From positions 1-62,244 of the IMG/VR virus record IMGVR_UViG_3300021478_000003: 62,244 bases of DNA. One strand, 5' to 3'. Positions 46,641 to 56,063 of this stretch are shown here, piece by piece (the stretch's first letter is position 1; each line of letters starts with the position of its first letter). The translations under genes and the position numbers were made by a program. The notes beneath the pieces are model-generated. The model had not been told where the DNA came from, did not search any database, and worked only from the letters and a program-made list of their open reading frames with translations. The stretch is from a virus (taxonomy: Duplodnaviria > Caudoviricetes).

Positions 46641-47786
46641 ATGAGTAGGAATCAAAACGTAACGACCGCAGCCGCAGTGCGCATGACCATGATGCACCCA
46701 TTCTGGACGGAGCTGTTCTACTCCATGAATATCGTGGAGGTGCATCCCGACGACCCGCTGGCCAAGCGCTTCAAGACACAGGGGACGGATGGCCGCACGA
46801 TCTGGGTGAACGTCGAGTTCTTCAAGAGCATCCCACTGGAGCAGCAGGTCTCCGAGCTGGTGCACGAGATATGCCACAAGGCGTTCCTGCACACCACGCG
46901 GCGCGGCATGCGCAACCCGAGCCTGTGGAATACTGCGTGCGACTACGTGGTCAACGCCATGATGGCCCAGAACAACTTCGTCATGGACGCTACCTGGCTG
47001 CTGGACATGCAGTATCTCGGCTGGTCTGCTGAAAAGGTCTACTCGCATCTGGAGAAGCAGCAGCGCGAGGGGCAAGGTAGCCCCGGCACATCCGACAGCC
47101 GGATGGACATCGAAGAGTTCAAAGGCTCGCCTGAAGAGAAAGAAGTGGCCGAGACGCAGATCAAAATGCTGGTCGACAAAGCCCTCGCCACGGCCAAGCA
47201 CTTCGGCAACGTGCCTGTTGGCATGGAGCAGGCCACGCTCGACATCTACGAGGCTCCACGTGAACCATGGTACAACGCGTTGCACAGATATATGCAGTCG
47301 CTGACCGTGGCCAATTACAACTGGGCCAAGCTGAATAAGCGCACGCTGCGCACGCACGGCCTGTTTGCCCCGCTCAATACCAGCGAGGCGCTGGGTGTGG
47401 TGGCGCTGTTCATCGACACGTCCGGCTCATGCTTCCAGCGGGCGCAGCAGGCCAACTTCGCCGGCCACCTGAACGCGATCCTCGCCGAGTGCAAGCCGCT
47501 GCGGGTGCACGTGTATTACTTCGACACGGCCGTCTACACTGGGCCGGTCGTGGAGGCGGGTGAGATTGACATTGCGCTCACACCACGGGGGGCAGGCGGC
47601 ACGAACTTCATCCCGATCTTTCAGGCGCTGGAGGACGACGATGTGCTGCCGGAGGTGTGCATCATCCTCACCGATCTGGAGGGTAGCTTCCCATCGCAGG
47701 GGCCGGACTATCCTGTGGTGTGGGCGTCGATCTATGAAGGTGAGAACTATGTGGCACCGTTCGGCGAAACCATTTACGTGGAGTAG
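46641..47786 (+). CDS. DUF2201-type metallopeptidase plus vWA domain protein
   Basis: HEICH (HExxH), WN.ACD..VN, MIDAS DTSGS, GGTNF, TD.EG. Confidence 0.88.
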   Translation: MSRNQNVTTAAAVRMTMMHPFWTELFYSMNIVEVHPDDPLAKRFKTQGTDGRTIWVNVEFFKSIPLEQQVSELVHEICHKAFLHTTRRGMRNPSLWNTACDYVVNAMMAQNNFVMDATWLLDMQYLGWSAEKVYSHLEKQQREGQGSPGTSDSRMDIEEFKGSPEEKEVAETQIKMLVDKALATAKHFGNVPVGMEQATLDIYEAPREPWYNALHRYMQSLTVANYNWAKLNKRTLRTHGLFAPLNTSEALGVVALFIDTSGSCFQRAQQANFAGHLNAILAECKPLRVHVYYFDTAVYTGPVVEAGEIDIALTPRGAGGTNFIPIFQALEDDDVLPEVCIILTDLEGSFPSQGPDYPVVWASIYEGENYVAPFGETIYVE

Positions 47787-47788
47787 CC

Positions 47789-48097
47789 ATGGCCACGATC
47801 AAACGCAGCAAGCGTGAAGCGCTGGCCAGGAAGCGCAGGGTCAAGGCTGACCAGCAGATCACCACCATGACGTTGAACGGCTGGCAGCCGGTACGCACCA
47901 GCGCTGAACCCGGGTGTGCGGATGAGGTAGGCATCTACCACCGAGAGCATGGCATTATCGCCCGGACTCGGGGCGGTAGCGTGATCCGGTATCGGCACCG
48001 TAACCCGCCGCGCCACCATGTCACGATCTGGGCCGAGCTGAATGTCTATCGCATCTTCTGGCTGTTCGGCAGGCTGGAAAAGGAGAAGCTACTATGA
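47789..48097 (+). CDS. LxLxG paralog family member (subfamily B, basic N-extension)
   Basis: TMTLNGWQP..GIYHREHG..IWAEL. Confidence 0.62.
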   Translation: MATIKRSKREALARKRRVKADQQITTMTLNGWQPVRTSAEPGCADEVGIYHREHGIIARTRGGSVIRYRHRNPPRHHVTIWAELNVYRIFWLFGRLEKEKLL

Positions 48098-48324
48098 CCC
48101 GCGAAGACTGCATCACCCTGCTGAAGCTGCGCGGCTGGGAGCCGCACACTGGCTTGACCATCGTGTCGCAGATACACGGCAGGATGATCTTCGTCGGCTA
48201 CTCCGGCATGAACTGCCCGACTATCGAGCGGCGATCTGACAAGACGCGCAGCATCGGCTATGACTGGGACGACTTAACCATCAGCATGCTCAACGATTTT
48301 GTTGAAGCTACTGGCAACCTTTAG
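48094..48324 (+). CDS. LxLxG paralog family member (subfamily B)
   Basis: MTREDCITLLKLRGWEP..DWDDL....L..F. Confidence 0.72.
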   Translation: MTREDCITLLKLRGWEPHTGLTIVSQIHGRMIFVGYSGMNCPTIERRSDKTRSIGYDWDDLTISMLNDFVEATGNL

Positions 48325-48332
48325 GAGGCATC

Positions 48333-48644
48333 ATGTTTGCCGAAATACTCCACAAAATTTATGATGAGCTGAAGAAAATCTCAGACCGCACGACGCGTCT
48401 GGAGACACGCTTCGTCCAGCTCGGCGATCACGTAGGTGCGAACCTACGTATCAAACAGTGCGTCACGGTATCGGTCTCATCTATCGGCGTCGCTGTCGAG
48501 ATTGACGCGCTCGACATGTCGCTCTCGCGTATCGTCGCCGAGCTGCATCGGCAGTGCGACGCCGAGCGCCTGCGCAATACAGCCAAGGTGCCGGTCTGGT
48601 TCGACGGCAAGTGCGTGGCCACGTTGAACATGGGTGCCGTATGA
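48333..48644 (+). CDS. Hypothetical protein
   Basis: AGGAGG RBS. Confidence 0.68.
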   Translation: MFAEILHKIYDELKKISDRTTRLETRFVQLGDHVGANLRIKQCVTVSVSSIGVAVEIDALDMSLSRIVAELHRQCDAERLRNTAKVPVWFDGKCVATLNMGAV

Positions 48645-48853
48645 CTCGCGGCGACTGGTATGCCAAGAAATACGGCGGTGGCTGGCGCACCGTGCGCAAG
48701 GTGCTGGGTATGAAGTGCGGCCGCTTCGGCTGCTTCCATGTCACGGTGCCAGGCGATCAGCACTTCGATACGCGGCAAGTAACGGAATGGCCGAAGACGT
48801 TGTGCATCTGCGCCAAGTGCGCCAACGAAGAACTCAAGGAGCCGCCACCATGA
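48641..48853 (+). CDS. Small Cys-rich protein
   Basis: ATGA coupling; C....C and C.CAKC. Confidence 0.55.
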   Translation: MTRGDWYAKKYGGGWRTVRKVLGMKCGRFGCFHVTVPGDQHFDTRQVTEWPKTLCICAKCANEELKEPPP

Positions 48854-49401
48854 CACGCGATGAAATGCAGGCCCACCTGATCGTGCACGGGTGGCGGCCT
48901 GCGGGATACCTGAGCATCATGCATGATCTGCACACACGCCTGTATATCAACGAGCAAGGCGTTGCCGACATTTACCCGACCAGCGTGGATACAAGCTGGA
49001 AGAGATGGAGCGATGTGCCAGAAGATCACTTGATTGCATTCTGCACGGCGCTTGAATATGGGATGCACCTCTTGTTAGTTGACCCGCAAAAGATGCTGTC
49101 GCTTCGCATCGCTGCGATGGCGAAAACATCACGGCTGGCATTGGAGTCTATCCGGTATGAAATGCTAGACGCGCATTGGGCTTCTAAAATAGGTGTGCAC
49201 GACGAACTGAGGTCAGCTCCGCTGGCGAAGTTCTACATGGATGAATGCACCGACTTCAAGGTGTACCCGGACCCACGCCCTGTCAGACCACTTCGCCATG
49301 CAGGAAAGATAGACCACACGAATAAGTTCGGGACGCCTGAAACCTCGATAGCCAAGAAGGTTTCTGGCTTGTGGGGCAAGTTGGCGGCGAGGTTGAAATG
49401 A
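48850..49401 (+). CDS. LxLxG paralog family member fused to a C-terminal extension (subfamily B)
   Basis: MTRDEMQAHLIVHGWRP..SIMH..RWSDV....L..F. Confidence 0.68.
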   Translation: MTRDEMQAHLIVHGWRPAGYLSIMHDLHTRLYINEQGVADIYPTSVDTSWKRWSDVPEDHLIAFCTALEYGMHLLLVDPQKMLSLRIAAMAKTSRLALESIRYEMLDAHWASKIGVHDELRSAPLAKFYMDECTDFKVYPDPRPVRPLRHAGKIDHTNKFGTPETSIAKKVSGLWGKLAARLK

Positions 49402-49661
49402 ACATCGACCAGCTTGTCACTACGCTGATGTTGATGGGGTACAGGGTCGGGGAAGACATGGATATCGGCGGCAATGTCGTAGGCTCGCTGCGCAGCATCG
49501 TGCACATCCCTACCGGTGATACGTACAGGGAAATGGGAGTTACAACCCGCTGGTATTTAAGCGTCGTTAAATCAGCCCGCTATAAGGAAGGAGGGTGGGA
49601 AGCTTTTAGTACATCCGAACTTGAGACTTTCTATAACTACGTTAAGATCGGACCGCCGTGA
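49398..49661 (+). CDS. LxLxG paralog family member (subfamily B)
   Basis: TLMLMGYRVG.D..IVHIPTG.TYR..WY..LETFY. Confidence 0.72.
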   Translation: MNIDQLVTTLMLMGYRVGEDMDIGGNVVGSLRSIVHIPTGDTYREMGVTTRWYLSVVKSARYKEGGWEAFSTSELETFYNYVKIGPP

Positions 49662-49915
49662 TGAACCGTGACGAACTTATCATCACGCTCAAGCTAATGG
49701 GCTACCGCAGAGGGCCGGATATTAATGGATCAAGTTCGTTTTTCACCTGCATTACGCATGCACCTAGTGGCACCATATATAGGCTGTCTTTCTTAAAAGA
49801 TGACACGTGGTACAAGAGTCAACGGCCACCCCAAGGTTTGGACGATAAGCTGGAAGAGATGGATGCGCGGCACCTAGAAAGCTTCTACGCATTTATAACG
49901 CAAGACCGTAGTTGA
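49658..49915 (+). CDS. LxLxG paralog family member (subfamily B)
   Basis: TLKLMGYRRG.D..ITHAPSG.IYR..WY..LESFY. Confidence 0.72.
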   Translation: MMNRDELIITLKLMGYRRGPDINGSSSFFTCITHAPSGTIYRLSFLKDDTWYKSQRPPQGLDDKLEEMDARHLESFYAFITQDRS

Positions 49916-49940
49916 ATTAGTTGCATTTGCAAGTTATACT
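49912..49940 (+). promoter_or_regulatory. Sigma70-type promoter
   Basis: TTGAAT-N17-TATACT; spacer TAGTTGCATTTGCAAGT. Confidence 0.75.
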
Positions 49941-49965
49941 GAAGTTCCATCACAGGAGATTAAAA

Positions 49966-50307
49966 ATGTCTGAACACAAGCAACGCGAAGCAGCCGCCCA
50001 AGCTGCTGGCACACCAACAGCAGTCAAGCCCGTCGACACCAAGAAGATTCTCGACGCACTGCCAGGACTGATCGGCGGCATCGACGGAGCCATCCGTGAC
50101 ATCGCCCAGACCAAAACGCCTGTCGGCTTTGTCCTCATCATCGTGGCTAATGGCCAAGCCATGTACTGCACGAACGGCGATCCTGAGATGGCCAAGAACT
50201 GCATCAAGGAATTGGCCAAGGTGATCGACACGGCAGAGACCAAGCCGGCGTTCGACACCGCACCTGCGGCCGAAGGCGAAGCCGCCCCGGAAACTCCAGC
50301 GGAGTAG
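49966..50307 (+). CDS. Hypothetical protein
   Basis: AGGAG RBS; GFVLII....Y.TN pattern. Confidence 0.7.
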   Translation: MSEHKQREAAAQAAGTPTAVKPVDTKKILDALPGLIGGIDGAIRDIAQTKTPVGFVLIIVANGQAMYCTNGDPEMAKNCIKELAKVIDTAETKPAFDTAPAAEGEAAPETPAE

Positions 50308-50310
50308 ACC

Positions 50311-50664
50311 GTGAAGACAGTGGGCGTCCGGTGCAGCAGGGATAAATGCCGGAAGCGTCGCTGTCTTCCGGTCGACTGGAAAGACTATGAGTTCTCCACC
50401 ACGCCGTACACATGCATCTGCGGCAGCACCAAGTTCGTGGAAGACGCATGGAGAAAGACACGGGGCACGGCGCAGCGATGCGACTGTCTCAACTACAATT
50501 TCCCGCACCGCAAGCATAGCCAGAAGTGCAGGCATCACCCGCTCGCCGAGTGGCACATCGCACGTGACAGGTACGGCGTGCAGGGCGAAGAGTTGCATGA
50601 TATCTGGCTTGAGTGTACGTGGGCAGCCGAGGGAGGGCAATGTAATGAGGCAGTCCCTTTTTGA
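50311..50664 (+). CDS. Cys/His-rich (Zn-binding) protein
   Basis: C....C, C.CG, C.C..Y.FPHR..S..C. Confidence 0.6.
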   Translation: MKTVGVRCSRDKCRKRRCLPVDWKDYEFSTTPYTCICGSTKFVEDAWRKTRGTAQRCDCLNYNFPHRKHSQKCRHHPLAEWHIARDRYGVQGEELHDIWLECTWAAEGGQCNEAVPF

Positions 50665-51001
50665 CGACGGCTTTCATGTTGGCCCTTTATTCATAGTCAC
50701 CACGCGTAAGCCCAAGGTGGTGCGACCGTCAGGTGGCAAGGAAGTGTGGGCCAAATACAAGCGGGCCACTCCACCGTGGGCTGATAGAAACGCGATACGC
50801 AAGGCGTGGGAACTATCAGCACTGGCCACGGCGATGAGTGGCATACAGCACAGCGTCGACCACATCGTGCCGCTGGTGAACCCGATAGTGTGTGGCCTGC
50901 ACGTGGAGTGGAACCTTCGGGTGATCCCACTGGAGGACAACGTAAAGAAAGGAAATGCGACATGGCCGGATATGCCGATGCAACAGCTAGAGCTGTTATA
51001 G
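50645..51001 (+). CDS. HNH endonuclease
   Basis: ATPPWAD..VDHIVPL....VCGLHV.WNL......N..K.N. Confidence 0.82.
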   Translation: MRQSLFDDGFHVGPLFIVTTRKPKVVRPSGGKEVWAKYKRATPPWADRNAIRKAWELSALATAMSGIQHSVDHIVPLVNPIVCGLHVEWNLRVIPLEDNVKKGNATWPDMPMQQLELL

Positions 51002-51615
51002 AAGAGCGCGAGCGCACGGCGCTTATCATCCTGCGCGGCGGCGTGCTGATCCATGACTGGATCAATCGCAACAGGGCGTTCCGTGCGGCCCACATGCGCG
51101 AGTCACTTGGCTTTGCTGCTATCGAAAAAATTGCGATGACCGCCGATACATACGACACCACTGACGAATTCATTTGCCAGGTAGGTGTGTTCAATCAGGA
51201 GATGCAACATGCCGCTGCCAAACTACGGAGCGAAGCCGACCACGGCTTCATGCTCGCTATCCAGCGAGCCTACCCCGGAATTGTCGTCTTCAAGCCAGTG
51301 GCCGAGTGGAAGAATGGAGTCGAGATTAATGGGTTCTTCTATCATGGAGGGGACTGCGGGGATGCCCGACGCCCAGTTGCGCGCACATCTATTGATACAC
51401 GGACAACCGCTCTTGTTGAAGTGGAGGATTATCGACTCACTGCACTCCGAATGCGTGAACAGCAAGATCGGGTGCGGACTGTACTCCGCAAGTTTGAGAG
51501 ACAGATCGTTGACGAAGCCGCAGCGCGTGCATCTCGCACAATTACTAAGAGACCACAATCGGAAGATTACCTTTATGACCCGCGAATGGGAAAGGATAGT
51601 CTCGGATTCTGGTAA
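50962..51615 (+). CDS. Hypothetical protein
   Basis: AAGGA upstream of ATG 50962; long open frame. Confidence 0.55.
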   Translation: MAGYADATARAVIEERERTALIILRGGVLIHDWINRNRAFRAAHMRESLGFAAIEKIAMTADTYDTTDEFICQVGVFNQEMQHAAAKLRSEADHGFMLAIQRAYPGIVVFKPVAEWKNGVEINGFFYHGGDCGDARRPVARTSIDTRTTALVEVEDYRLTALRMREQQDRVRTVLRKFERQIVDEAAARASRTITKRPQSEDYLYDPRMGKDSLGFW

Positions 51616-51876
51616 TAGCTGCGAGTGGTTTAACTGGGGCTCGCGCTTGAGCAATGGCCACGAGTATCATTTCACTATGGTAGTGTACGGCGAAGACACT
51701 GTAATCGTTGAGGGGTAGATAATGCCAGCACTTGAACCCTACGTCTCCGTCCGCTTCTGGGGCATCGTCTGCCAGAAGCCCACGAAGAAACCGAAGTATC
51801 AGTTCCCAATGCCCGACAAATTATTCCGGGGCTGGGTCAATCCAAAGACAGGCATCACGCCGCATCACTTAGGACT

Positions 51877-52089
51877 TTGAAAATGAAACTCTATTGCATA
51901 CGCCGAGCCGAGATTGATGTGGGCTACGATGAAACAGCAGCGATAGTGGTGGCTGCCATGTCACCTAAAGCGGCATGGAGGTTTTTCCCGACCTATAACG
52001 ACCAGTTTCCGCAGACGATCACGTTGATCGGTACAGCTCACAAGTCGCTTAAGGCTGGGATCGTCCTGACTGACTTCCGTGCTGGCTAA
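51877..52089 (+). CDS. Small hypothetical protein
   Basis: YDE....VV.A.....A...IG.A......GIVL.DF.AG pattern. Confidence 0.65.
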   Translation: MKMKLYCIRRAEIDVGYDETAAIVVAAMSPKAAWRFFPTYNDQFPQTITLIGTAHKSLKAGIVLTDFRAG

Positions 52090-52092
52090 TCC

Positions 52093-54066
52093 ATGGACCT
52101 CTACACGATAGACTACGAGACGTTCTATGGCGACGGCTACACGTTGTCAGGGAAAGAGATGACGACCGAGGCGTATGTGCGTGACATCCGTTTCGAGACG
52201 ATCCTGCTGTCTATCAAGCGCAACGCCGAGCCAGCGTACTGGGTGCCGCGTGACAAGGTGGCCGCAGCCTTGCACAAGATCGAACTGCACAAGCATGCGG
52301 TGTGCATGCACCACGCGCACTTCGATGGCTTCATCAGCAACTTCCATTACGATGTCCGGCCGCGTCTCTTCATCGACACCTTGGGCATGGCGCGTGCGGT
52401 GCACGGTGCCACCGGCAAGGGGCATCTGAGTCTCAAGTCGCTGTCCGAGTTCCATGGCCTGCGCCCCAAGGGTGAGGAAGTTCTGAAGGCGCGCAACAAA
52501 CGCTTCTGTCACTTCACACCACGAGAGCTTGCGGAGTACGGCAGTTACTCCTGTCTCGACAGTGACATCACCTATGACTTAGCGCAGATACTGCTGCCTA
52601 ACTTCGACAGGTCCGAGCTGGAGATACACGACCGTATCATCCGCATGTTCACTGAGCCGGTGTTGGAACTCGACATCGACCTAATGAAAGAGTACGTCAA
52701 GACCATCGGTGCTGAGAAGGCGTCGCTGATGCTGCAGGCCGGGGTGCAGCGCGCTGACCTGATGAGTAACGATAAGTTCGCCGAGCAGTTGCGCATGCTG
52801 GGCGTCGACCCTCCAATGAAGATCAGCCCCGCATGGCTGAAGAAGACCATGGAAGAGCAGATCGCTTCACCTCACAAGCGTGACGTGTATGCCTTTGCCA
52901 AATCCGATGCGCCGATGCAGGCGCTGCAGGAGCATCCCGATGAGCGCGTTCAGATACTGATCGAAGCGCGGCTCAAGAACAAGTCGACCATCGCTGAGAA
53001 GAGCGGCTTGCGGATGATTGCCATGGCAGAGCGCGGGGCGGCCTGCATGTACTTCAAGTACTCAGGTGCATCGAATACGCACCGGCTGTCCGGTGCCGAC
53101 TCGATCAACTGGCAGGCACTAAAGCGGATCGACCGCTCGGTCAAGGAGGCGCTATGGATACGCGATGCGGTCATGGCCCCCAAGGATCACGCCGTGGTGG
53201 TGGGTGACTCATCCAATATCGAAGCGCGGATGCTTGACTGGCTGGCTGGCCAGGAAGACATGGTGAACGTCTACCGCAAGTCCGACAAGATCATCGGCTA
53301 TACCCCGGAGGGCAAGCCGATCCCAGGTGGCCCCGACATGTACTGCGTCATGGGCGAGCGCTTGTACTTGCGGCCGATCAACAAGAAGGATGACCCGGAA
53401 GAGCGCCAGTTCGCCAAGGTCATGAAGCTGGGGCTAGGCTTCGGCATGGGGGCAGCAAAGTTCATCCATACAGTACGTGCTCAGGCCAAGGAGAACGGGC
53501 AACCCAAGATCATCAGTGCCGCTACCTCACAACAAGTTGTGGATGTGTACCGGAAGGCCCATCCACAGGTGCAAGTGTTGTGGAAGCGTGGCGAGAGTAT
53601 CCTGAAGGTCATTGCGAACGGCGTAGAGGGGGTAGCGCTCGACCAGCACGGTGTGGTGAAGACTTGCAAGGATGGACTCATCATGCCGAACGGGCTTAAA
53701 ATCCTGTACCCGGACCTGCAGTATAAGAAAGATGCCAACAATGGCTGGAAGGGCGCGTGGACTTATTGGAATGGCAAAGCCCGTGAGCATATCTATGGCC
53801 CGAAAGTAATAGAGAACGTGGTCCAGTGCCTGGCCCGGATCGTGGTGTTTGAACAGTGCCTGCGCACTGCCAAGATCGTGAAGGGTATTGCCCGCTGGGT
53901 AATGTCGGTGCATGATGAGGGCGTTTTTGTAGCGCACGAATTTGAGGCACCGTGGGTTATGCAGGTCTTGATGGAACAAATGCGCATCCCACTGTGGTGG
54001 TGCGAGACATTGCCGCTCAATAGCGAAGGCGGCTTTAACCGGAGATACGGACATGCTAAGAGCTAA
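52093..54066 (+). CDS. DNA polymerase family A with 3'-5' exonuclease
   Basis: IDYET, HAHFD, Y...D exonuclease motifs; motif A DSSNIEAR, motif B RQFAKVMKLGLGFG, motif C VHDE. Confidence 0.92.
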   Translation: MDLYTIDYETFYGDGYTLSGKEMTTEAYVRDIRFETILLSIKRNAEPAYWVPRDKVAAALHKIELHKHAVCMHHAHFDGFISNFHYDVRPRLFIDTLGMARAVHGATGKGHLSLKSLSEFHGLRPKGEEVLKARNKRFCHFTPRELAEYGSYSCLDSDITYDLAQILLPNFDRSELEIHDRIIRMFTEPVLELDIDLMKEYVKTIGAEKASLMLQAGVQRADLMSNDKFAEQLRMLGVDPPMKISPAWLKKTMEEQIASPHKRDVYAFAKSDAPMQALQEHPDERVQILIEARLKNKSTIAEKSGLRMIAMAERGAACMYFKYSGASNTHRLSGADSINWQALKRIDRSVKEALWIRDAVMAPKDHAVVVGDSSNIEARMLDWLAGQEDMVNVYRKSDKIIGYTPEGKPIPGGPDMYCVMGERLYLRPINKKDDPEERQFAKVMKLGLGFGMGAAKFIHTVRAQAKENGQPKIISAATSQQVVDVYRKAHPQVQVLWKRGESILKVIANGVEGVALDQHGVVKTCKDGLIMPNGLKILYPDLQYKKDANNGWKGAWTYWNGKAREHIYGPKVIENVVQCLARIVVFEQCLRTAKIVKGIARWVMSVHDEGVFVAHEFEAPWVMQVLMEQMRIPLWWCETLPLNSEGGFNRRYGHAKS

Positions 54067-54226
54067 CATCGAAGCGCAACAGTTGGCCAGCGAAGGCGAG
54101 CGCTTGTACAGTGAAGTGGTGCAGGATGTGCGCGCCGGTCGCACCGTGCTCACCCAAGAACAAATGCAGGTGTTGAATAACCTGCGCAACCAGATTGCCG
54201 AGTGTAAGAAGCTCGGCATTGTTTGA
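54053..54226 (+). CDS. Small hypothetical protein (57 aa)
   Basis: GGAG RBS; fills the gap after the polymerase. Confidence 0.5.
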   Translation: MLRANIEAQQLASEGERLYSEVVQDVRAGRTVLTQEQMQVLNNLRNQIAECKKLGIV

Positions 54227-54262
54227 CCTAGTGTAGTTCCTTTTTAATCTCAGGAGATTCAA

Positions 54263-54778
54263 ATGAGTGACGATCTGCAATCCCAAGTCGACGCCGATGC
54301 AGCCAAGGTGGCCGGCGACGAAGCAACCCTCGCTACCGACCAGTCCCAACTGGCGCAGGACCAGGCAGCACTGGCACAGCAGCAAGCAGCGGCCGCCCAG
54401 GCAGCTCAAGCACAGCAGCAAGCGGCAGTCGCTCCCGTGGTTGACGCTGCTGTGGTTGACGCTGCTGTGGCAGCTCCAGCCATTCCGATGGTCGACACAT
54501 CGGCAGCGCCTACCATCAGCGCTGAAGTTCAAGGCGCAGCCGTGGTAAATCCAGTGCAGACCATGGGCGACTTGATCGCTGCAGCAGCGGCCGCATCAAA
54601 CCCAGTGACGGCAGTTGAAGGCGCTGTGGCTGCGGCCATCGCACCGACCGTCATGTCCGAAGCCGCGCTGGAAGTGCACAAGGCGCTGGACGACATCGTG
54701 ACGTATGCCGAGCGTTTCGGTGGTCTCATCCACCAAGACTTGGTGCGCCTGGTCGCAGCCGTCAAAGCAAAGCTGTAA
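54263..54778 (+). CDS. Ala/Gln/Asp-rich low-complexity protein
   Basis: AGGAG RBS; heptad repeats DQ..LA. Confidence 0.7.
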   Translation: MSDDLQSQVDADAAKVAGDEATLATDQSQLAQDQAALAQQQAAAAQAAQAQQQAAVAPVVDAAVVDAAVAAPAIPMVDTSAAPTISAEVQGAAVVNPVQTMGDLIAAAAAASNPVTAVEGAVAAAIAPTVMSEAALEVHKALDDIVTYAERFGGLIHQDLVRLVAAVKAKL

Positions 54779-54780
54779 CC

Positions 54781-54993
54781 ATGCAGGTATCCATCCGGTC
54801 GTCTGCGGAGTTATCTGCGCAACTCAGGTCACTTCGCAAGGCGAAGGGATGGAGCCAGGCAGAACTCGGACGCAGGCTAGGTGTCACGCAAGCGCGGATC
54901 GCATATATCGAGGGCGACCCAAGCCGCAAGAACGTGACGTGTGTAATTCAGATGCTGCAATTATTGGACGCACGCATACTGATTTGTTTTTAA
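54781..54993 (+). CDS. XRE/HipB-like HTH protein
   Basis: LRSLRKAKGWSQAELGRRLGVTQARIAYIE. Confidence 0.82.
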   Translation: MQVSIRSSAELSAQLRSLRKAKGWSQAELGRRLGVTQARIAYIEGDPSRKNVTCVIQMLQLLDARILICF

Positions 54994-55004
54994 GGGGCCT
55001 CAAC

Positions 55005-55196
55005 ATGCCATGGTATCTAGTGCACACCAAGCACCCACAACTCAAGTGGAAGATCAACAAGTTTGACAAGGTGACGAAGCAAGCAGAGCTTCAGGGTGGC
55101 ACCAGCGCCCCGTTCACTCGCGACATCTCGGATGAGTCGCTGAAGAAACTCAACTACAAAGTTGTGCAACTTCCCGATGAGACTGTTTCTAATTAG
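55005..55196 (+). CDS. Small hypothetical protein (probable paralog of the next ORF)
   Basis: AAGGGG RBS; MPWYLVHTKHP. Confidence 0.62.
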   Translation: MPWYLVHTKHPQLKWKINKFDKVTKQAELQGGTSAPFTRDISDESLKKLNYKVVQLPDETVSN

Positions 55197-55380
55197 CCCG
55201 ACCAAACCAGACTGGCCTTATGAGATTCTGGAATACGACCAGAAGCACCATAGGGCCAAGCTGCGCAGCAAAGAGATGGTGATGATTGACCCGAACTTCT
55301 ATCCCAAGGAGTTGCAGCGTGACGGGTTCAAGCTCACCCAAGAAGTACCGGAGTGCTTCAAGGAGCCGTACCATGTTTAA
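55177..55380 (+). CDS. Small hypothetical protein
   Basis: MRLFLISPTKP; pattern similar to the previous ORF. Confidence 0.58.
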   Translation: MRLFLISPTKPDWPYEILEYDQKHHRAKLRSKEMVMIDPNFYPKELQRDGFKLTQEVPECFKEPYHV

Positions 55381-55672
55381 AAAATATGCAATAGGCTGGT
55401 GGGCCATGGGTGCGACAGCGCTCTGCCACTATAGCTACTGGACAAGCGGTCCGAACTGGGTGGACTTGTCCATGATGTTCGTCAACCTGCTGTCGCTGTT
55501 TATAGTGTGGCTGATTACGACACCGGCACCCTACGTTATGTTCGTGATCCGCACGGGCATGCCGGACCGCAAGCATCACTATCAATACATGTGGATGGCC
55601 AAGGTGCATGCGTGGATTCTCTTGCGCTCCCACTATCACTTCCACATCTACAAGGATGCCGATCATGCCTAG
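55373..55672 (+). CDS. Membrane protein
   Basis: AAGGAG RBS; two TM segments. Confidence 0.6.
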   Translation: MFKKYAIGWWAMGATALCHYSYWTSGPNWVDLSMMFVNLLSLFIVWLITTPAPYVMFVIRTGMPDRKHHYQYMWMAKVHAWILLRSHYHFHIYKDADHA

Positions 55673-55958
55673 CTCTCCTAACTATAAGCGCGACTACAAG
55701 CAGGAAAAGAAAACGTCCGACGCTCGCGGCGAGAAGCCCAAGCGTGCCGAGCGCGACGCCGCCCGCCGCCTCATGGTCAAGAAGGGCATGGTGACGAAGG
55801 GTGACGGCAAGGATGTGGACCACAAGACGCCGCTCGGTAAAGGCGGCGCGCCGCTGGCCCCAAAGAACCTGCGGGTGGAAACTGCTCACGACAACCGCAG
55901 CTTTCCGCGCAAGCCGGATGGCTCCATGGTCAAGAACGTGCCCAAGAAAAAATCATGA
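55665..55958 (+). CDS. Small HNH endonuclease-like protein
   Basis: RDYK.E, GDGKDVDHK.PL.KGG....NLRV.....NRS. Confidence 0.8.
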   Translation: MPSSPNYKRDYKQEKKTSDARGEKPKRAERDAARRLMVKKGMVTKGDGKDVDHKTPLGKGGAPLAPKNLRVETAHDNRSFPRKPDGSMVKNVPKKKS

Positions 55959-56063
55959 TTCCTTGTGCGCAACGTAAGGAGGAAAGCGAGCGAAATATGC
56001 ATATGCATGTTAGCCCTGGCCTTCCTAAGCACCGTGAACATCACCCTAATGTGAAAGATCAAA

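Noticed and set aside
51362-51718. MPDAQLRAHLLIHGQP as a 12th LxLxG paralog
   Set aside because: It overlaps the 50962..51615 ORF by about 250 nt and lacks the family's other features. Possibly coincidental, so not counted.
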